From an uncultured Gammaproteobacteria bacterium (lineage in GTDB: Bacteria; Patescibacteriota; Microgenomatia; UBA10105; UBA927), in assembly GCA_964573695.1 (NCBI GenBank), contig CAZNKB010000003.1:36815-100814 (forward strand): DNA of 64,000 nucleotides, in the 5' to 3' direction. This document shows, in pieces, positions 58,752 to 64,000 of this stretch. Made by a program: the position numbers and the translations under genes. The notes beneath the pieces were generated by a model, which saw only the letters and a list, made by a program, of their open reading frames with translations, made no database searches and had not been told where the DNA came from. Position 1 is the first letter of the stretch; each line of letters opens with the position of its first letter.

Positions 58752-60602
58752 GTGCGAAAAAATGCCCTTCTCTTGTCTCTTATAGCCATTGGCGTAATGT
58801 TACGCCTTACGCTTATCCCTAACCCGGGTTTTGAAGCGGATATATCATTCTGGAAATCCTGGGGGCTGGCAGCCGTCGATAAAGGAGCGGTCGAAGGGAT
58901 CAAAGTCACGAATAACAATTATCCGACGCCCTTCGTTTACACACTGGGCATCATGGTGGGGATATATAAATTGTTTGCCGATCCTCATAATTTCAACGAA
59001 TACTGGAGCAATACCAATCTCCTGTTTCTTGCGATAAGTAAGCTCCTGCCAATACTGGCTGATCTGGGTATTGCCCTGCTCATATTATATATAGGCAAAA
59101 GCACAACTTCCGCGAGCCGTAAGATAGGATTTCCCGCTGTCTCACTTTCGTTCTTTGGCCTTTCGTTTTACGAACTGCTTGCTACTACTTACCTTCTTTC
59201 ACCCGTTTCCCTCATAGACGGCGCATGGTGGGGCCAAGTCGACAGCGTGGGCGTATGCATATTCCTTTCCGCTCTGGTGTTGGTACTCAAAAAACAACCG
59301 TTCTGGGCAGGTCTTGTCTTCATGCTCGCGATGATGACCAAACTCCAGAATATGATCTACGGCCCCGTGTTATTTCTCTTCGTTTGGCAGATCGCCGGAT
59401 TACCAGGACTCATTCGCGCGGTAGCGGGAGCATTCGTCGGATTTGTGGGCCTCAATGCGGAATTCCTGGCATCTCATAACGCCGACCGGGTATTTGCTTC
59501 GCTGACAGAAAATTATGACTATTTCCCCTGGATGAGTCTTATGGCATATAACCTATGGTGGATTGTCACGGGAGCCAAAGGGCTCATGACGTCAGACAAA
59601 CTCACGGTACTTGGTATACTCAATGCAAAAACCGTTGGCCTCGTATTATTTAGCGCCACCTATCTCTTCGCCACTCTTAGGCAATTGTGGGAAAAATCCA
59701 AAACTGACGACTCCAGTATGACGAAACTGACCCTCGAAAGCCTGATTCTGGTCAACGCCGCGTTTTTCCTCTTCCAGACGCAGTCACATGACCGGTATGC
59801 ATATCCACTTTCCGTTTTTCTTCTCTTATGGGCGCCGTTTTATATAAGTAATCGGCAAACGGTAAACGGTAAACGGCATGTTGTACTATTTACTATTTAC
59901 TATTTACTATTTACGCTCTTTTACTTCTACAATCTCCATACAGCCCTTGTCGTCAATTATCCGCACAACGGATTGCCGTGGCTCTCCTTACTGACGCAAC
60001 CTGTGTTTACCCTAGGAACCGCGTATATGCTGCTTGGATTGTTTGGTGTATTCGTTTATTCACTTCTCTTGACGTCCAAAAAATCACGCGTGCTGTTATC
60101 TATAATCATAGGGCTCGTGTTAGCAGGCCTCCTGGGACTCAACGCCCCGCTACTCACCCGTAAACCGGTCAGCCTGACAACATTTGTGCCTTTTATCAGC
60201 GAGCAGGCATATGGTACTCGTCAGACAAATAGATCCGTCCAAAGTTCATTCGGCGACGCTTACAAATGGACCAGGCTTTCCGTGCAGTATCTGTTTTATG
60301 ATAAGGGCATCGGCACGCACGCACGGAGCAAGCATGTATTTGATATCAATAACAAATTCAAACGATTTACCGTAGATTTCGGCATAGACACCGAGGCAGG
60401 TGCCAAAGGAACTGCTATCTTTGAAATTTGGGGGGACGACCGTCTTTTGTATCGATCAGATATCATGGGCCGATATGATCTGCCAAAACACGCCGACGTG
60501 AATATTGCGGGAGTAAAACATCTATCCCTCATAACGACAGACGCGGGTGACGGCAACTATGACGACCATACGGACTGGCTCAATCCGCGTTTGTTCCCAT
60601 AA
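58752..60602 (+). CDS. GT-C membrane glycosyltransferase with C-terminal NPCBM/NEW2 carbohydrate-binding domain
   Basis: EAD..FW, NYPT, WWGQVDS, HDRY; C-terminal KGIGTHA..GID..FEIWGD..DAGDG..DHTDW. GTG start inferred. Confidence 0.8.
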   Translation: MRKNALLLSLIAIGVMLRLTLIPNPGFEADISFWKSWGLAAVDKGAVEGIKVTNNNYPTPFVYTLGIMVGIYKLFADPHNFNEYWSNTNLLFLAISKLLPILADLGIALLILYIGKSTTSASRKIGFPAVSLSFFGLSFYELLATTYLLSPVSLIDGAWWGQVDSVGVCIFLSALVLVLKKQPFWAGLVFMLAMMTKLQNMIYGPVLFLFVWQIAGLPGLIRAVAGAFVGFVGLNAEFLASHNADRVFASLTENYDYFPWMSLMAYNLWWIVTGAKGLMTSDKLTVLGILNAKTVGLVLFSATYLFATLRQLWEKSKTDDSSMTKLTLESLILVNAAFFLFQTQSHDRYAYPLSVFLLLWAPFYISNRQTVNGKRHVVLFTIYYLLFTLFYFYNLHTALVVNYPHNGLPWLSLLTQPVFTLGTAYMLLGLFGVFVYSLLLTSKKSRVLLSIIIGLVLAGLLGLNAPLLTRKPVSLTTFVPFISEQAYGTRQTNRSVQSSFGDAYKWTRLSVQYLFYDKGIGTHARSKHVFDINNKFKRFTVDFGIDTEAGAKGTAIFEIWGDDRLLYRSDIMGRYDLPKHADVNIAGVKHLSLITTDAGDGNYDDHTDWLNPRLFP

Positions 60603-60633
60603 ACGCGTCCTGAGTACAGTGGAAGAACCTGTT

Positions 60634-62997
60634 ATGAAGCATATTGAAAAACTTATCGGTATCGGCCTGCTGCTTTTTGCCGTGGTATTCAACCTATGGA
60701 CCTATCGAGCGGAACCGAACGCACTCGTTGATCCGAATGATAATACATTCCAATTCGCTTTGGTTGACAGGACAAACCAGATATTGTCTTTTGCACAACA
60801 AAAGTGCACTGGCATAACCAAGCCATTCTGTGTGTTGTCATATCTTACCGATCACTGGGTTCCTAACTGGGCAGAGGGGTATAACCTGCCTTCCTATTAC
60901 TCGCATATCCCACAGATCGTCATCGTGATAACTTGGAAAATAGCTGCGTTGTTTTCTTCTCACTATTCTCTCTTTACCCATTATCATTATGTAGTTTATT
61001 TCTTGTTGTGCCTGTTTCCTCTTTCCTTGTTTATCGCGCTTCGCATCATCGGCATTTCGTGGGTGACGGCAGGTATAGGCGCTGCATTGGCAACCCACCT
61101 TTCCACAGACGGATTATACGGACTGGACCCCACATCATTTCTTTGGCGCGGGTACGGATTAAGCAGTCAGCTTTTTGCCATGATCTGGCTACCCCTTGCT
61201 GTAGCATATGCCTGGAGATATCTAAGCGGTACTCCGACAAAACAGACACTGCTACTGGCAATCCTCTTCCTTGCGGCAGTCACAAGCGGGCATCTGGGTA
61301 TCGGCATCATCGCATTTATGAGCATCGGCATACTTGCGTTTGGACCGTTGATTCGATCCATACTTACAAAATCCTGGGGCACAAGCTCGACAAACCTCGC
61401 ACTCGCACATACACAAAAACTCCTGCTTGTTTTTGGCGGGGTCGGGCTCCTTCTCGGATATTGGATCCTGCCGATATTGCGGGACGGCAACTATCATAAT
61501 ATTTCCGTTTGGGACGGTATTTGGAAATTCGATTCCTTCGGCTACCGCAACGTGCTGGCGTGGCTATTTAATGGGGCATTATTTGATTTCGGGCGCGCGC
61601 CGATTATGACGGCTCTCATACTACTCGGGGTTTTTGTAGCTGCACAAACCGCATTTTTTGATTTCGCGGTGCTGTTTGTATTCTGGGTGCTTATGTATTT
61701 CGGACGCACGACATGGGGTCCGCTATTTACCCTCATTCCCGGCATGAGCGAATTTCACCTTTCCCGGTTTATCGTCGGTGTTCATATGACAGGATTATTC
61801 CTGATTCCGATGAGCATAGATTGGGTGATATCACGCGCACGCGCGCTGTTTTCGTCTCCCATGCGGCAACCTGCCTCCGTCTGGCTCGGTGTCGCTACAG
61901 CGGTGCTACTCATCGTGAGCGCCTATCCGCAAACCATGCGGTACAGTGCACACAATGATTTCCTGATCGCTCGCGGCAATACGAACTACCAAAGAGATTC
62001 AGAAGATATTGATGCGCTCATTTCACTGCTTCGGACAAAGCTTCAGGAACATCCTGGTCGGGTGTTTGCCGGCAGAGGTGGAAGCTGGGGCAAAAATTTC
62101 CGTATCGCCGAAACCCCGATGTATATGCACCTTTCCACGTACGGGATCCCGGTTATCTTATGGCTGCCGGAAACGTGGTCGCCCAACTCGGACACGGAGC
62201 AGTATTTTTCCGAAAGTAACCCTGCCCACTACTCCCTCTACAATGTGCGGTACGTCGTAACCCAGACAACGCTCACTCCAGAACAAATACAACCCTTCTG
62301 GAGGCTTACAGAAAGCGGAAAGACATGGAAATTATATGAAGTGACGGCTTCTGTCGTCCCAAGCGAAGTCGGAAGATCCGGATATATCACAACCGGAGTG
62401 CGCCCGGCCACCGTAAGCAGTAGTAAGACGGACTATCGATCCCTCATCCGACTTTGGATGCATTCAAAGGCATATAGTCAGGCATTGTTCCCCGAACTTA
62501 CGTTTGATTCTTCGTATCCTAAGAAAACCGGACTTCCCAATTTTCGCATGCTCGATGAGGTGACATACGAGGTGCCGGACGGATCCGTGCACAATCTTTT
62601 CGCCGAAAATCCTCTCTACGTAAGCCCCCTAAGTGATCTAAGTACCTTAGACAAACTAAAAGTTACTTCTCAATCCTCCGACAACGATATGGTGTTTAAT
62701 GCAACCGTCGATGTTCCCAAAAACTGCGTCGAATGCATGGTCATATTGAAACAATCTTTTCACCCGTCATGGCGGGCATCAGTTGATGGCACGCCAATCA
62801 AGCCATTTGCCGTATTTCCGTTCTATACGGCAGTCGACGTACATACCCCAGGAAAACACGAAATCGTATTTTCATACGAACCGTCACTTATGAAAAAAAT
62901 CCTGCTTATCATCGGTATTGTTTCTCTGACATTTTCTGTAGGCATCCTCATCTGGCTAGCCCGTCCCGACAACCTGCGCAGATTCAACCCCGATTAG
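60634..62997 (+). CDS. Large PTPS-related/YfhO-like GT-C membrane protein
   Basis: DPND..FQ, WVPNWAEGY..YY, GLSSQ, SRF, YNVRYVV, SFHPSW..VDG. Confidence 0.8.
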   Translation: MKHIEKLIGIGLLLFAVVFNLWTYRAEPNALVDPNDNTFQFALVDRTNQILSFAQQKCTGITKPFCVLSYLTDHWVPNWAEGYNLPSYYSHIPQIVIVITWKIAALFSSHYSLFTHYHYVVYFLLCLFPLSLFIALRIIGISWVTAGIGAALATHLSTDGLYGLDPTSFLWRGYGLSSQLFAMIWLPLAVAYAWRYLSGTPTKQTLLLAILFLAAVTSGHLGIGIIAFMSIGILAFGPLIRSILTKSWGTSSTNLALAHTQKLLLVFGGVGLLLGYWILPILRDGNYHNISVWDGIWKFDSFGYRNVLAWLFNGALFDFGRAPIMTALILLGVFVAAQTAFFDFAVLFVFWVLMYFGRTTWGPLFTLIPGMSEFHLSRFIVGVHMTGLFLIPMSIDWVISRARALFSSPMRQPASVWLGVATAVLLIVSAYPQTMRYSAHNDFLIARGNTNYQRDSEDIDALISLLRTKLQEHPGRVFAGRGGSWGKNFRIAETPMYMHLSTYGIPVILWLPETWSPNSDTEQYFSESNPAHYSLYNVRYVVTQTTLTPEQIQPFWRLTESGKTWKLYEVTASVVPSEVGRSGYITTGVRPATVSSSKTDYRSLIRLWMHSKAYSQALFPELTFDSSYPKKTGLPNFRMLDEVTYEVPDGSVHNLFAENPLYVSPLSDLSTLDKLKVTSQSSDNDMVFNATVDVPKNCVECMVILKQSFHPSWRASVDGTPIKPFAVFPFYTAVDVHTPGKHEIVFSYEPSLMKKILLIIGIVSLTFSVGILIWLARPDNLRRFNPD

Positions 62998-63029
62998 ATC
63001 GGGATCAAGGTTAAGTCTTGAAATCAACG

Positions 63030-63067
63030 TTGACGCTATGTATGAATATTGCTATTATTCATACATA
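63030..63067 (+). promoter_or_regulatory. TA promoter with palindromic operator
   Basis: TTGACG-17-(TGc)TATTAT. Perfect 12-bp inverted repeat TATGTATGAATA (63037-63048) / TATTCATACATA (63056-63067) over the -10. Confidence 0.8.
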
Positions 63068-63309
63068 TGACTACTATAAATATTTCACTACCCGATAAGC
63101 TGAAAAAACAAGCCGACGCAGTAATATCAGACGGTCACTATGCGTCATTTAGCGACCTCGCGCGGACTGCACTCCGGCAAATTCTTCGCGACCACAAGCT
63201 GGATCGCATGGTGGCAGAAGCAAAAGCAGATTATAAAGCGGGGCGAGGGACACTTCTTCGCAATAAAAAAGATATTGCAAAGTTTATGTCTCAATTCAAA
63301 CCGAAATAA
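63067..63309 (+). CDS. Ribbon-helix-helix antitoxin (CopG/ParD-like)
   Basis: MTTINISLP..GHYASFSDLARTALR; directly upstream of the toxin. Confidence 0.85.
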   Translation: MTTINISLPDKLKKQADAVISDGHYASFSDLARTALRQILRDHKLDRMVAEAKADYKAGRGTLLRNKKDIAKFMSQFKPK

Positions 63310-63312
63310 TGC

Positions 63313-63573
63313 ATGAAAATATTCGCGACTCCGCGATATATCAAGACGCTCAAAAAATTTCTTGGGACGCACCCGGAATATCACGCCATAATTACCCGCC
63401 GGCTTGAACTATTAGAGCAAAGCCCAAATCACCCCACCCTCAGGCTTCATAAACTCGCCAACCGCGAGAACGAGTACTCAATATCCATTGACCATTCTAT
63501 CCGCCTTATTTTCTCCCGAGAAAAAAGCATCTGCTACCTTCTGGAAATCGGATCCCATGATGAAGTGTATTAA
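63313..63573 (+). CDS. RelE/YafQ-family toxin (mRNA interferase)
   Basis: 86 aa; HPTLRLHKL, YSISI..RLIF, IGSHDEVY. Confidence 0.88.
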   Translation: MKIFATPRYIKTLKKFLGTHPEYHAIITRRLELLEQSPNHPTLRLHKLANRENEYSISIDHSIRLIFSREKSICYLLEIGSHDEVY

Positions 63574-63623
63574 CCATATGATCCCCTTCTGGCTAGCCAA
63601 TCTCGTTAAGTCTTGAATTTATT

Positions 63624-64000
63624 ATGTTCTATCACAAACGATACGCACACGTTTTTACAGCGGTATTCCTACTAGTGTTGAGCGTACTTCTACCCGGAAA
63701 AAATACAAAAAGAGCCGATATCCTCATCGTCTCCCCTCATCCTGATGACGCGGTGTTATGCTGTGCAGGGCTCATCCAACAGATGCTTGAACAGGGAAAG
63801 CGCGTCCATATCGTAGAACTGACTGACGGAGACGGATATACCGAGGCTGCGGCATTGCTTGCCGATAAACCCGCATCGTTACTCACGCCAAACGATTATC
63901 GGCGCCTGGGGTACGTCCGAAAGCATGAGGATATTCGCGCCATGAGCCTTTTGGGGATACCCCGTCGCCGTATCACATTTTTGGGATACCCGGACGGCTG
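63624..64000 (+). CDS. PIG-L/LmbE-family deacetylase, 3'-truncated
   Basis: Own translation: MFYHKR..VSPHPDDAVLCCAG..LTDGD..R..E..FLGYPDG; hydrophobic N-terminus. Confidence 0.85.
   Translation, partial: MFYHKRYAHVFTAVFLLVLSVLLPGKNTKRADILIVSPHPDDAVLCCAGLIQQMLEQGKRVHIVELTDGDGYTEAAALLADKPASLLTPNDYRRLGYVRKHEDIRAMSLLGIPRRRITFLGYPDG

Larger units (their letters stand above)
62944..63617. mobile_element. Toxin-antitoxin cassette bounded by imperfect direct repeats that duplicate the host gene 3' end
   Basis: ATCCTCATCTGGCTAGCC..GTTAAGTCTTGAA (62944-63022) vs ATCCCCTTCTGGCTAGCC-N6-GTTAAGTCTTGAA (63581-63617). Confidence 0.6.

Noticed and set aside
62995-63021. Stop-codon readthrough or recoding of TAG to reach the in-frame VKS* end
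   Set aside because: TAG, TGA and TAA all terminate other genes normally here. An insertion explains the arrangement more simply.

Overview
Bacterial genomic DNA, most likely from a Patescibacteria/CPR (Microgenomates-like) organism. This is an inference from the giant LamG/DUF2341 surface proteins, the cluster of GspG-like pilins, the very short intergenic regions and the near absence of Shine-Dalgarno sites. The window is one large cell-surface locus. Bases 1-17 kb encode three giant surface proteins and three small accessory proteins: a 5'-truncated LamG/tail-fibre-like protein, a 1612-aa protein with tandem MerR/BldC-like HTH + TM + about 200 Gly-X-Y collagen triplets + lectin-like head, and a DUF2341 + 7xLamG protein. 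Bases 17-21 kb hold three type IV pilin-like genes divergent from an O-antigen-ligase/OTase-like gene. Bases 21-64 kb are a glycan biosynthesis and modification region: six GT2, GT4s, an Alg13/14-like pair, a radical SAM enzyme, two DegT aminotransferases, a Gfo/Idh/MocA dehydrogenase, acetyl- and methyltransferases, an RmlC-like protein, a PIG-L deacetylase and about 11 GT-C-like polytopic membrane proteins. Small apparent insertions interrupt it (LRR pair, orphan, HAD pair, MazG-like gene, RHH/RelE toxin-antitoxin). The best candidate for an undescribed system is the membrane-spanning DNA-binding collagen fibre with its neighbouring glycosylation machinery. A second recurring signal is small palindromic elements next to duplicated gene 3' ends at three sites. 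I saw no rRNA, tRNA, CRISPR array, integrase, transposase or reverse transcriptase. All family calls are motif recognition by eye, not database results.
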